Below, piece by piece: positions 51,963-64,000 of a stretch of 64,000 nt of DNA. The position numbers and the translations under genes are program-made. Each line of letters opens with the position of its first letter. Position 1 is the first letter of the stretch. The DNA is from Chiloscyllium plagiosum (Eukaryota), in contig NC_057719.1 of NCBI RefSeq assembly GCF_004010195.1, positions 61,852,987-61,916,986 of the forward strand, given 5' to 3'. The notes under the pieces were generated by a model, which saw only the letters and a program-made list of their open reading frames with translations, did no database searches and was not told where the DNA came from.

Positions 51963-53009
51963 ATTGGCATTCCTCACTAGCCAAACATTTATTGCCTATC
52001 CTTAATTGCCCAGAGGGATGCTGTAGGTTGTGAATCACATGCAAGCCAGACCAGGTAAAGATGGCAGATTTCCTTCCTCAAAAGACATTAGAGAAGATTT
52101 TCAAAGAGAACTCAACCTGTAAGTGCCCAGCTATGTCTTTTAATTCTTCCAAGAATGGTCCCTTTTTTTTCCAGTTGTTCCATCCTGCTCTATGAATGCA
52201 TTAATATTAAAAGTGGACATTTGTAGTACTTTAATAAAACCTTTTTAAAGTTGTTTTAATAGCCTTTTAGAGGCACAATTAATTTTCAACAATGACTCTT
52301 CAATTCCGCTGATCTACTCAGTTTATTTTTGCGTACGGAATACTGCAGTTTTTCACCATAACGCTCTTTAGGTTAGCTATTCATGATGTAATTGAGCACT
52401 TACATATTCATGCAAGTTTTTTTTCTAATTTATCTGGCAGACACTTGCATGTTAATTGTGCCTATAAACTAATTCACAGGTAACTCAGTAGCTAAAATAA
52501 ATCAGTTTTCAAGGGAAATCTCAAAAGAATGTCTATGTTTGCAAGCTGAGCTTCACAGTGATTCTGACCTGTACTCTGTAACAAAGCTGAATCTTTGGTC
52601 ACAAGATGGGTAAAGTCAGTGCAGTTGATATGCAGACTGTTAAAAGGCTTTTCATGAAGTATCATATGAGACAGTGATCCTGACCTGCGGCAGTCTGCTG
52701 ATCTGCTCCTCAGTAGTTCCAACCTGCTATGAGCTGAATAGTTAAGCAGAAACATCTGCAAAAAAGGTTACAGTTCTCTGCAAAGGAAAACCTTGGAGCA
52801 TGTTTCTTAAACTAATTTGTAGTATTACCTCAAATAAAACATAACTGGTGCAAATAAAAGTTGACAACTTGCTAGACTTTTGGATTTCCCTGAAATGACA
52901 TACTTAAATCTCCATTATCACCTTCCAAAGTAGTATAGTGTGATACTTTGTTTTAAAAAAAGTCAATGTTTTCACCCTCCACTTAATTTTATGTCAGACT
53001 CAGATCTCT

Positions 53010-53400
53010 GGTAGTATTCATAGCTTTGAGTCAGATGTTATGGTTTTAGATTTAAATATTTGAGCAGACAATCCAAGATGTAGTGCTGCATTGTAAAAGA
53101 AATGGTCTTTCAAATAATAGAGATCCTAACTGCACTCTTAAATTGATGTAAATATTTCTTTATATTTGAAGATGTGCAGGGAATGCAGACAAGAAAATAA
53201 AATTAAAGCCATAATCAGATCACACATATCTCTAGGATGGCTCGAAATAACTCAGCCAAATAACTGACTGTTGCTCCAACTTATTATGTTCTTGTTTGGG
53301 GTTGCAGATGTGGTGGTGGTAGGATTCATAGTGTCCTCTTCAAGATTTACTCTTCAACCTCCATCAGGGAATAAATTGTCTGGTCAATGTGTGTCCTTCA
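53010..53400 (+). mobile_element. Highly degenerate Deu-domain SINE (SacSINE1/AmnSINE1-like)
   Basis: Recalled similarity only: tgagtcaga head, agtgctgcattgt and tttgaaga..gcaggg segments. Confidence 0.35.
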
Positions 53401-53766
53401 AGTATTCTTGTTGTAATACATTATTGTATAAATACTTTTTTTAATGAATTTTAAAATTGTGGAAAATCATTAAAATGTTAGAAAATCCCGTGGTATCTAG
53501 AAATTTTATCTTAGGATTCATTACAAAATTGTGATGATTGCACTGTAAAAATTGCACTGTACTGGAACCTTGTAAAAGAAGAAAAATGGGAAAAGAGATG
53601 TCACAAGGTAAGAGAGGAGTCTTCCTTTCAATTTTAATCATTAAATGTCAGGAATGACCATCATAAACCAATGATGAAGAATATTTTAAGATCCCTGAAG
53701 CTAAGGAAGGAAATTTGACAGATTAGAAACGTGATGATTGTCATAACTGAACTACTCACAAACATA

Positions 53767-54389
53767 GGAGAAAGTGAGGACTGCAGATGCTGGAGATCAG
53801 AGCTGAAAAATGTGTTGCTGGAAAAGCGCAGCAGAAATGAGGAAGCTGGAGAAATCTGCATTCATCCCTTGTGGTTGGAGGGTTCCTAGGCGGAAGATGA
53901 GGCGCTCTTCCTCCAGGCGTCGTGTTGCCATGGTCTGGTGATGGAGGAAGCCAAGGACCTGCATGTCCTTGGTGGAGTGGGAGGGGGAGTTAAGGTGTTC
54001 AGCCACGGGGCAGTTGGGTTGTTTGGTGCGGGTGTCCCAGAGGTGTTCTCTGAAACGTTCCGCAAGTAGGCAGCCTGTCTCCCCAATGTAGAGGAGGCCA
54101 CATCGGGTGCAGTGGATGCAGTAAATGATGTGCGTGGAGGTGCAGGTGAATTTGTGACGGATATGGAAGGATCGCTTGGGGCATTGGAGGGAAGTGAGGG
54201 GAGAGGTGTGGGCGCAAGTTTTGCATTTCTTGCGGTTGCAGGGGAAGGTGCAGGGAGTGGAGGTTGGGTTGGTGGGGGGTGTGGACCTGTCGAGGGAGTC
54301 GTGGAGGGAGTGGTCTTTCTGGAACGCTGGTAGGGGAGGGAAGGGAAATATATCCTTGGTGGTGGGGTCTGTTTGGAGGTGGCGGAAAT
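53767..54389 (-). mobile_element. Penelope-like element 3' fragment, family A, with internal pLTR deletion
   Basis: ORF AEHLNSPSHSTKDMQVLG...LEEERLIFRLGTLQPQGMN; homologous to 1-800. Confidence 0.88.
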
Positions 54390-54849
54390 AACATATTGAC
54401 CTTTGAATTATAACATTTGTATGTTTTAAATAGAGAAAAAGAGCAAAAAGATGATCACAGATATATAGTCAGTGACTGTTTATTCCAGAAGTCATCACAA
54501 AAGTTAGAGTTTAAAAAGTACTCAAAAGTTCTTCAATTTACCTGATATTTGAACCCAGCTTAATATAAGAATGGACCAGGTTTCTGTTCTTAACAAGAAC
54601 GAATATTTATTAAAAGTAAGTAGACTCCAGCAAGCAGATAAATACTGTTGGCAGATAATGCTACTGATTAATACTTTAATCCCCTTATAAACTCCCCTTA
54701 AGCATACACAGGGAAAAATATAGATGGTCAAGTGAAAACTGGAAAGGTTTAGTGATCTTTGTTCACAAGATTTGTTAAGTTGGTTCTTGTTGTCTGAATG
54801 TTTCTTCTTGGTCTTATTTTTCCAAATCCTTTCAACATGTACAGACAGC

Positions 54850-55450
54850 ATGGCTGAATCACTTATAAAAGGTCAGAAGTAGGGATATCTTACGCAGTAG
54901 GGTCTTGGTGAGATCACAACTGGAGTATTGCATGCAGTTTTACTTTCTCCACCCAATAAAAGATATACTTGTCAGAAGGGGAGTGTAGTAGCAGTTCTCT
55001 CAGCTGATGCAGGGGATGGCCGTCTCTATGAGGGAGAGATTGACTCATGATGCAACTAGAGGATGAGAAGAGATCTAATTAAGATGTACAGAATTCTAAT
55101 AGAGCTGGACATCTAGACGCAGGGAGTATGTTTTCCCTGGTTGATAGGTCTAGAACCAAAGGTCGCAGTCTGAGAACACAGTTGGGTCATTTAGGAATGA
55201 GATGAACATTTTTTTCACTCAACCGTTTTTGTATCTGCGTGATTCTCTACAACAGAAGACTCTGGAGCCCAACTATCTGAATATATTCAAGAAAGTGATA
55301 GATTTTATTTTGGATTTTAAAGGCATCAAATGATATGGGGAGGAAGTGGGAATATAACAGTGAGGCAAAGGATCAACCATAATCATATTGAATGGTGAAG
55401 CAGGATCAGGTCCATATGGCCTACTTATGCTCCTAGTTTCTATGATTCTA
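54850..55450 (+). mobile_element. CR1 LINE 3' fragment
   Basis: CR1-like 3' region ending in a (TTCTATG)-type tail. Confidence 0.65.
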
Positions 55451-56664
55451 TGTTTCTTTCTGTATCTTGTTCTAAGCCTTAAGTTGTTCAGTTACCTGAG
55501 AACCAATCATATGGTTGTTGGTAGCCAAAGGCCTTCATCATCGATAACTCGTGATTAAATCATAGACTAATAAACTTCTTGTTGCCAACCCAGAGGCATA
55601 AATTATAGTTACTGCTTGTTGAAGCAGCTCTTTAAATGATGCTTGCCACCACCTTTTCTTGGCTGACTCTGCCCTATTGTGGGCTGTTTCTCTTGCAATG
55701 AGACAAAGGAAAGGATTGAGTAAGATGAACAAAGCTTGCATAGCTTCTGGTACAGATGCAGTTAGAGGAAAGGTGGTTAAGTATCTCATGTGAGTGAGTA
55801 GGAAGTGCAAAGACCATACAGTGTTACTACAGCGTTGGAATTGGGTGGGTGAGAGTGATTGAGAAAAGATGGTGCTTGCAATACAGTGGTAGGCCAAGAG
55901 CATGGGTGGGAGGTTGATGCAGTAGCAGAGATAGAATGAGTGTGGACAGAGAAAATATTGTAGCATTTACGTGCATTACTGGGCATTCCTCAAAACTGTG
56001 GAAACAGTACTTTCCCAAGTGTCAACTTTGAACCAGGTTGCATAGTCTAGTGGTGTGGTTACTATTGTCAGTCATGGAGGATGAAGACAGTCTCTACTCT
56101 GCATCATTCCATTCATCAGGACCTCCAGATCCTTGTCACAAGTGGGGTGCCAATTTTCCCTCTGTCTGACATGTCTGGAGCAATTCTCATGAACACTGCA
56201 GGGCAATGCTGGACTGCTAGCACTGGACTTGATGCACAATTGCAGTTTTAAATATGAAAATTCTGGCAGGTCCTTGCAGTGGTGAAAACTTCTGCCTGTG
56301 GCAACAAGAAAGGTATGATAGTGGGTGTGCTGCATAGGTAATGAGGCAAGATTTGGAAAATAATATGAAAAATCGTGCTGTGCCTCACAAAGAGAAACTC
56401 ATCATGAAACTTGCCAAAATTGACGCTTTGCCATATCTAGCAAAATTCAGCCATATCAATTTTTATCTCAGATCTCTGGTATCTACAGTATTTTTGCTTT
56501 CAACTTAAATAAGATGGTTAAGAAGGCATATGGAATACTTCTGTTCATTAGTTGAGTGCATTGAATACAAAAGCAGAGAGGTTATTGTGGAGTTTATTGT
56601 AAGACTGTTAGATAAGGCACAGATGAAATATTGTTTGCAGTTCTGATCACCAAACTCCAAGAAG

Positions 56665-57267
56665 TATTCTAGACCAGAGGAAACCCCCTCAAAACATATC
56701 AAGGAGATAGCTTAGACCCCAACTTACAACTTATTTAAAAGGCAAGTGAAAGGTGCTGTGTTCCAAATATAATTTGATTGATCGAAGACTAGGCTTTAAA
56801 CAAAACACACTTTATTCTTACACCGCAGTTAAAACAGAAACAAAAAAAAGGCATAATTTTACTCTGTCAAAGTACTGAACAAAATGATATATTATTTAAC
56901 TACTACTCATTAACTAATATAACACTTCCAATTTAGCAGCATCCCATAAACACATCCTTGGCAAAGACAAATTTAGCAAAACAGAATAGCTCACTTGTTT
57001 CTTTTCAAGTGCAGGGGAATGGAAAAATCGACAGATTGAATCTAACAGCTGTGAGAGAAAACCCCAACTTCAATAACTGAAAGCAAAACTAAATCCCAGG
57101 TTTGTGTGAGTCAGACTCCACCCACTCGTGCTTTTTAATGTCTCCTTTAAGAAAACCAAAGCTATTTACTCTACTTTCCATGGAGCAGATACCTTGGCAC
57201 TTGATTACACCCCTCTTCAAGAGAAACAGGACAGAACAAATCCCTCTTCAAGACACATTTTGCCACA
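56665..57267 (-). mobile_element. Solo LTR inserted in a CR1 fragment (~56505-57500)
   Basis: 4-bp TSD GAAG (56661-56664, 57268-57271); ends TA...CA; minus-strand AATAAA near 56811; CR1 resumes after the insert. Confidence 0.65.
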
Positions 57268-57796
57268 GAAGAAAGTGATTGCACTCAAGAAGGTGCAAAG
57301 CAGATTGACCAAAGAGTGCAGCATTTTAGTCATGAAGGGAGACTAGGTGTCTGTGGTTATCTTCTGTAGAAAAGAAAAAGCTGGGGGTGGTCAGGGTCGT
57401 ACCTGATTGATGTATACAAAATTATGAGGGGCATTGATTAGCTAGATAGGAAGAGACATTTTCCTTTAATAAAGGCATCAATAATTGAAGGACATAGATT
57501 TTTTTGTGCAGTAATACTGTTATCACTACGTCTCTAAATATTATGAAATTCGTCAGCAAAATTGACCTCTTCTAAAACCATGTTGACTGGCAGCTGTTAC
57601 GCTGGCAGCAAAAATGGCTGATGCTTATGACCTAGTCCTTAGTTCCATCACCCTACTAAAGTTAAAATTGTAGAGTGAAAGGAAATCAAATCCAGGGCAA
57701 AGACTAGATATGTGAAAATGCCCCAAATCCTTCTCAAATCTTGTTCTCCTGTGGTGAGAGTCACAGTTTTTATATGACTGGTCTGGTTCAGCTTCT

Positions 57797-57930
57797 GGGT
57801 GAAAGTGAGTACTGAAAATGCTTGAGATCAGAGTCAAGAATAGGGTGGTGCTGGAAAAGCACAGCAGGTCAGGCAGCATCCGAGGAGCAGGAAAATCAAC
57901 GTTTTAGGCAGGAGCCCTTCATCAGGAATG
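57797..57930 (-). mobile_element. PLE family A solo pLTR end with degenerate hammerhead
   Basis: Minus strand CATTC-CTGATGA-A-GGGC-tcct-GCCT-aAAAC-GTT followed by the family A terminus. Confidence 0.8.
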
Positions 57931-60219
57931 AGAAGTTCAGCTCCTTGTCAATTGTAGCTCCCAGGATGTTCTTAATGGGGAAATCCAGTGATTGTAATGC
58001 CATTTCATGTTAATAAGTGATGGTTAGACCTCTCTTGTTGAAGATGGTCATTATCTAGCACATGTGTAGCACAATTGTAACTTGCAGCTTAGTAGCCCAA
58101 GGTCCAGGTCTTGTTGCATGTGGGTACATTATCTGAAGTGTCAAGAATCATTGTGAATCATTGCACAATCATCAGTGGACAGCCCCACTTCTGGCTTTAT
58201 TGTTAACGGAATGTCATTAATGCAGCTAATGACAGTTGGGCCAAGGATAGAGTCCTGAGCAGCTATGGCAGTGATATGCTATAGCTGAGATAATTGACCT
58301 CCAAAATCACAACTATCTTCCTTTTTGTTAGGTATGATTCCAACCAGCAGAGCATTTTCCCAATTCCCATTTTGGTAGGGCTCCTTGACACCACATTCAG
58401 TCACATGCTGCCTTGATGTCAAGGGAAATCAGCCAAATCTCTAATCTAGAGTTCACCTCTTTTGACAATGTTTGGACCAAGGCTGTAATAAGATCAGGAG
58501 TGGCCCTGACAGTGTCCAATTGAGCATCAGTAAACAGATTATTCATTTGCATGTGTTTCTTGATTAGCACTGTTTACTACTGTTTCCATCACTTTGCTAC
58601 TTGCAGAGAGTAGGCGGATGGGCTAACTGGCTAGAAACAAATACAGAAAATGCTGGACAAACTCAACAAGTCTGGCACTGGCTGTGGCGAGTGAAAAAGG
58701 GTTAACATTTCAAATCAGATATGACTTTTTAATTTGATAAATTTGTGATTGTTATGAAATTTTGCTGAGTAAATAATATGTGGTGATTGAATAAAAGGAA
58801 AAGCAAGCTAAAGCTGAGGACAGAATTCATTAAAACCAAGAGATATGCCTCTTTCCAAGGAGACACCAGCATGTTCTATTGAGTTAATTGATCAAACTAG
58901 CCATGGTAGATTGTACATTTATGTTGTTTGCAGGAGGTCAAACTGACCATTTGCTGGAAACTGGATAATGTCAAGAGTTTGAATGTACAGCCTATTTACC
59001 TCACAGCACAATTAATGAGCTGAGGAGGTCACCTGATAAACAGCTGGCAGTTGAAGCAGAGCAGGCTGATTACCTGTACTAGTCAGATCTCTGGACAAGT
59101 ACACATTAAATGGTTCCCTTGTGATTATAAACATTGTATGGGTACAATTTTCGTGGTGATTTTGGTAATGTACTGTGCTTTAATAAATAACATTGGGTAT
59201 GTTCTGTTGTTAGAACTGGTTTTTGATATTCAGAGTAAACCAGAGAATAAAAGCATTCAGAGTCTATTTATTAGTAATAAATAATAATTCTTGTTGAGTA
59301 CAGAAACCTGATCCATGCTTTCTGGTAACCTGGATCTAAAAAACAAATAATTGGTGAATTCTGCATACTTTTCAAAATATTTAACTATTCTGACAATTCT
59401 AACAATAGAAGATTTTATTTTTCCATACACTAGGATGGTGAGGAATAACACAGAACTGTAAATCTTAGATCTGATAAATGTCTTTATTTACAGACCATCT
59501 GGTCCTGTCTACTCCATGTTGCTTCCACCAAGTAATCTTGGTTTTCTAGCTTCACAGAGTTGACACCTTATTTTTACGTATGTGTGGTGCTGTTTCTGGC
59601 ATGCTTTCCTACATTCTTTCCTCAACTAGGGTTAATTTTCCCCGCCTGATGATAATGTTAGAGTGGGAGGTGAGATTACAGATTGGGATTGAATGCAATT
59701 TTGCTGCTGCTGCTGATGGTCCACAATGCCTCATTGATACTTGGTTTAAAGTTGCTAGATCTGTTCAAAATCTGAATGCGTTAAACATTTAAAAATGTCT
59801 AAAATTAAAATTTTTCAATTTCTTTCTGAGATCTGACTTGTCCAGCATTACCATTAGCTGTAATCATAACAATGGACCAATTTGTTTTTAAAGCAAAATA
59901 CAAAAAGCAGTCTCCCCGCTGTTATCTCACCTCACTGTTTCAAACAGAGCTGTTTTAGTTCAGAATACTTGTATTTCTATCCAAAATGCTGATGGGAGAC
60001 TTTTATTTCGGATTTTCCCAAATGCTGAAACTGAAGCTCAAGTAAGTTTGTCAGAATATTGACTTCTTTAGAACTTAAAGTTCAGAAAAGCTTTGGCTCT
60101 TACCTTACAAATTTTTTTCACAAAGCAGTATTTTGCACTGGCGTCTCAGATTTCCCTCTTCCTCTTTCTTTCTGGAAACATAAGGATAGAGTTAGTCTTT
60201 TAATTCCTTCAGCCTCTTT

Positions 60220-60955
60220 TGTTACGGGGTAAACCCCTCTGCTAATTTAAACCAGACACACAGAAAAGCTCACCTTGCCTTGCAATCTGTAAAATTATGA
60301 GTGACAAAGAACTACCAAATCCTGCTGTCTAAAGAAAAATGAACAATTTATTCTTCAACACCAAGGAACAAAGGAGAACATTAAACAACAACTATCTACA
60401 ATGTAAACCTCCTTTGTCTTAATGATTTATCGACCTACCACTCTCCAACAATATACTGATCCAATAAACCCCTGATTAAGTTTTAAGAAGAATACTTTTC
60501 TAAACCAGTCAGCTGTGTCGATTGTGCTCTGTATCTTCCTCTTTAGATTTTTCTGGGTCTTTTCTTCGGTCTTCCGATGCACAGATTACACATGAACAGG
60601 TACCTTTCAGAGAGCGATTCTGTGGGCAATCTGTGTTTTGTTGGTGCTCTTTGCCACTCTGGCTAACTGTTCGAAATGCCCAATTTTTATACACCAAGAC
60701 ATCAGATTGTCTCATTAGTTTGATGTTGTCAAACATTAAAATTCATGTTTGATTGGATTTTGGTATCTTGGGGCATAATGTAATATGATTGGCAAAATTC
60801 GAATTTGTTGTGTAATATAGCAACTCAGCTTCAGCTATTTGTTTCATAGCCAAATGTTACATTTTTAAATTTTTTAGCACACTCTGTGCTTGTTAAGCCC
60901 TTGCCAGCTTTCATTCTCACTTAAAGGTACAGTACACACCTACAATTTCATAACA
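60220..60955 (-). mobile_element. Solo LTR (Gypsy-like, 736 bp)
   Basis: TGTTA...TAACA termini; imperfect 4-bp TSD CTTT/CTTA; minus-strand AATAAA near 60347. Confidence 0.6.
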
Positions 60956-61454
60956 CTTACAACATTCAATTAGCCAGCCTTTACATCGTAATTAGGATCT
61001 GCATCCTATTCGGTGTCATTCAGTAACCTTAAAATTTGAGAAATACTATTGTCTTGACCCCAATAGTTTTTTCGGAATTAATACTCGATTTCCACTGCAG
61101 TTTAAGTGAAGGATTTCTTCCTGATATCAGACAACTGTGCTATCTGTTCTGATAAAACATCAGATTCTCTAACCTTCACTCTTTTCGTCAGAGGCCAATG
61201 TGATTAGCATTGATCTGTAATCTTCAAAGAATTAACAGAAAGTGAGGAATGGAATTCTTTCTTATCATGTGACCCCCGTATTTTTCCTCTTCTCTCCCTT
61301 CAAATTAATACAATTTTAAAGTACATGAAACAAAACCAATTGTATGTGCACAACCAGAACTTGAATTTTCTTTCCTTCTCTCTCAAATGCACATATTTAC
61401 AATAATCATTCGAAATTAAGTTTTAGTTAAGTCAAGCTTTACAAATTTTCTTTC

Positions 61455-61920
61455 CTTGTTTTTTGAAATTATTTGAAGAAAAGCTGCCATGGAATTTGAT
61501 TTGGATACAAGTGAAACATTGCATTTTGTAAAATAAATAAGGGCAGTACTTATACAATTACTGTATTGGTAGGGCCCTGGGTAGTGTTGTAGAGAGAGAC
61601 CAATGGGATGAAGTACATGATTTTTTGAAATTTGCATCACATGTAGACAGATTGGTTAAGATGACATTTAGCATGCTTGTCTTCAGTGCTCAGATCTTTG
61701 AGCATAGGGGTTGGGACATCATATTGAGGTTGTACAGGATGTTGGTGCAGGACATCTGCAGTATTGTGTGCCATTCTGGTTGCCCTGCTGCAGTAAGGAT
61801 ATTATTGAACTGGAGAGGGTTCAGAAGAGATTTACCAAGATGTCACCAGGAATGGAAGATTTCAGTTATAAAATTAGGTTGGAAAAGCTGTGATGTCTTT
61901 CAGTAGAGCAATGGAGGTTG
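61455..61920 (+). mobile_element. CR1 LINE fragment
   Basis: LQYCVPFWLPCCSKDIIELERVQKRFTKM. Confidence 0.75.
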
Positions 61921-62222
61921 ATTTTTCATTTTAGCACATTAAAAACAATACCTAATTCCAAATTGGCCTTGCATTTTAATTTAAATATTTAAACAGGTTA
62001 AAATGGCTTTCATATTTCAGTATTAGAAAATTGCAGGTGCTGAGTTCCATGAAGAGATTCTACAAACGTATTTATTTATACTTATACTGTGATATCATTC
62101 CAAAAATTTAGCTGTGATACAATATATTCATATCACTTAACAATGGGCTGAACCTTACCAGAAATTTGCTCGTAAGGAATTTCAGGTAGGCTTCATTGAA
62201 AGTTTATTTCTGTAAGACTTAG

Positions 62223-62428
62223 GGGAGAAAGTGAGGACTGCAGATGCTGGAGATCAGAGCTGAAAATGTGTTGCTGAAAAAGCGCAGCAGGTCAGGCAGC
62301 ATCCAAGGAACAGGAGAATCGACGTTTCGGGCATAATTCCTGAAGATGGGCTTATGCCCGAAAAGTCGATTCTCCTGTTCCTTGGATGCTGCCTGACCTG
62401 CTGGGCTTTCCCAGCAACACATTTTCAG
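62223..62428. mobile_element. Fold-back PLE mini-element, family A, second copy
   Basis: Inverted arms around an asymmetric centre, tail on the left; 15-bp TSD TTCTGTAAGACTTAG at 62208-62222 and 62429-62443; hammerhead-like CTGAAGA-T-GGGC-ttat-GCCC-GAAAa-GTC at 62340-62367. Confidence 0.9.
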
Positions 62429-63109
62429 TTCTGTAAGACTTAGTATGTTTTTCCACATTATCATCCCATAGTTTCCTCATTACCTATGCACTACACACTT
62501 ATGGTTCCACATTTGACCTATTCACCTGTACGCCATAGGTGGGAATTCTTGCTGCTGTCAGAATATGGTGGCATCTCTGGCACAGCCACCATCTTTGAAA
62601 CTCAGCCATATATCTGGGCAACATTAGCAGTCTGGAGCTTCCCTTCACTGTGCACATAGTGGGACAAAAACTAAAAAAATTCAACTTTCAGGGCATGTCA
62701 GAACCATGGATAACACTTAATTGTTTGTAGAAATGCATGTTCACCCTTATTCAGCAACAGCAAAAGCGAATGATAAATGAACAAGCAGAACTCCTGTTTT
62801 ACAAACTGTCAAATGAAGTTACACATGGTAGTGAGATGAAGGTACGGATAGTGACAGAGGTCTAGGTTACATGTGTCTTGAGTGAAAATTGCTTTTCTAG
62901 GAGCTGATGTGGAAATTATGTCCTTATTCCTCTCATTGTTACAGACTCCTTGCTAACAAGGAACATTAATAAGTCACGGCAGTGAACTTAATAAAAGTCT
63001 CACCACTGGTAGTGGTGGTTAAACTTAAAGTAAATAGATGTTTGGCCATCAAACAGAAGCTTTTATTCTACACAGTCCAAGTTATGCAATTCTGTGTATT
63101 CAATCATAT

Positions 63110-63780
63110 CAACACAAAGATAGATGGATGCAGATAGGGGGTTATTGTGATTGGTCAGTGGGAAGGGTGGATGGATAGTTGAGAAGGAAGGTGGGCAGAT
63201 TAGGTCCGGTCAAAGAGGTGGGGAGGAGAGGGAAGGCTGGACATGGGATGAGGTTGTGAATCGGGATATATTGAAGCTGCTGAACTCTATGTAAAGGTCA
63301 TTCAGCTGTAAGCTCCCAAGGCAAACTATGAGGTATTGTTCCTCCAGTTTGTGTGTGGCCTTATTTTGCCAGTGGAGGAGGCCCAGGATGGAGATGTCAC
63401 CAAGGGAGTGAAAGGAGGCATTGAAATGGCTGGCAACCAGAAGGTGGTGTTGATTGGAACTTACAGAGCTCAGATGCTCTGTGAACTGGTCCCCAAGTCT
63501 GTGCTTTGACTGCAAGGAGAGGAGACTACATTGGGAGCAACGGATGCAGTAGACCAGGTTGGAAGAAGTGCAGGAAGACCTGCATCCACATATCACCATC
63601 CCACCTATCTTTCACCAGTGCTACCTCGCTCCCTCTATTCATTTCTCAGCTCTCTTCCTTGTCCCTATTCTGATGAAGGGACCCAACCCAAAACATCGAC
63701 TTTCCTGCTCCTCTGATGCTGCCTGACCTGCTGTGCCTTTCCAGCTCTGACTTTCAGCATCTGCAGTCCTTACTATCTCC
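63110..63780 (-). mobile_element. Penelope-like GIY-YIG fragment with inverted pLTR at its 5' end
   Basis: ORF 63210-63599 CTSSNLVYCIRC..RLGDQFTEHL..VASHFN..KLEEQYLI; plus-strand pLTR at 63590-63780 with degenerate CTGATGA hammerhead. Confidence 0.8.
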
Positions 63781-64000
63781 AACTCTTAATAATATTTTGG
63801 GTGAGTTTGGGTCTGGTTTTTGAGTTAGTAACCATAGAATTTTTGTATGCATCTGAAGTTAATAATGAACTTTTATGCATTTCTGCAATCATGCAATTTC
63901 TTTTAAAAACAATTTTTGAGGCCTGGCTGTAGAGTGAATGGTTTTGTGCAGAATAGGACATTTAGTTCAGTTAGCTGGATCATTGGTTCACAGAGCAGTG

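Noticed and set aside
1..64000. CRISPR arrays, operons or prokaryotic defence systems
   Set aside because: No regularly spaced repeats; the sequence is vertebrate with spliceosomal introns.

Overview
Eukaryotic (vertebrate) genomic DNA, very probably a shark or other cartilaginous fish, inferred from the repeat families; one 593-nt assembly gap lies at 9742-10334. The only host gene is ARHGAP5 (p190B RhoGAP) on the minus strand. It has a CpG-rich promoter and putative non-coding exon 1 near 45.2-45.5 kb, a 3.7-kb coding exon (43455-39727), a 136-nt exon (38752-38617), and a 78-nt RhoGAP exon (5508-5431) after a 33-kb intron; the remaining exons appear to lie left of the window. Most of the rest is transposon-derived: CR1 and L2-like LINEs, an L1/Tx1 relic, tRNA-derived SINEs, Tigger-like DNA elements, solo LTRs and Penelope-like elements (PLEs). 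The most striking structure is a recurring class of short non-coding fold-back insertions from at least three PLE-type families. Each has inverted arms, a one-sided 25-41 nt tail, 10-15 bp target-site duplications (TSDs) and minimal hammerhead-ribozyme motifs. One is a perfect 90-bp palindrome in ARHGAP5 intron 3, and another pair is nested just upstream of the promoter. Repeat family names come from motif recognition by eye, not from database searches.
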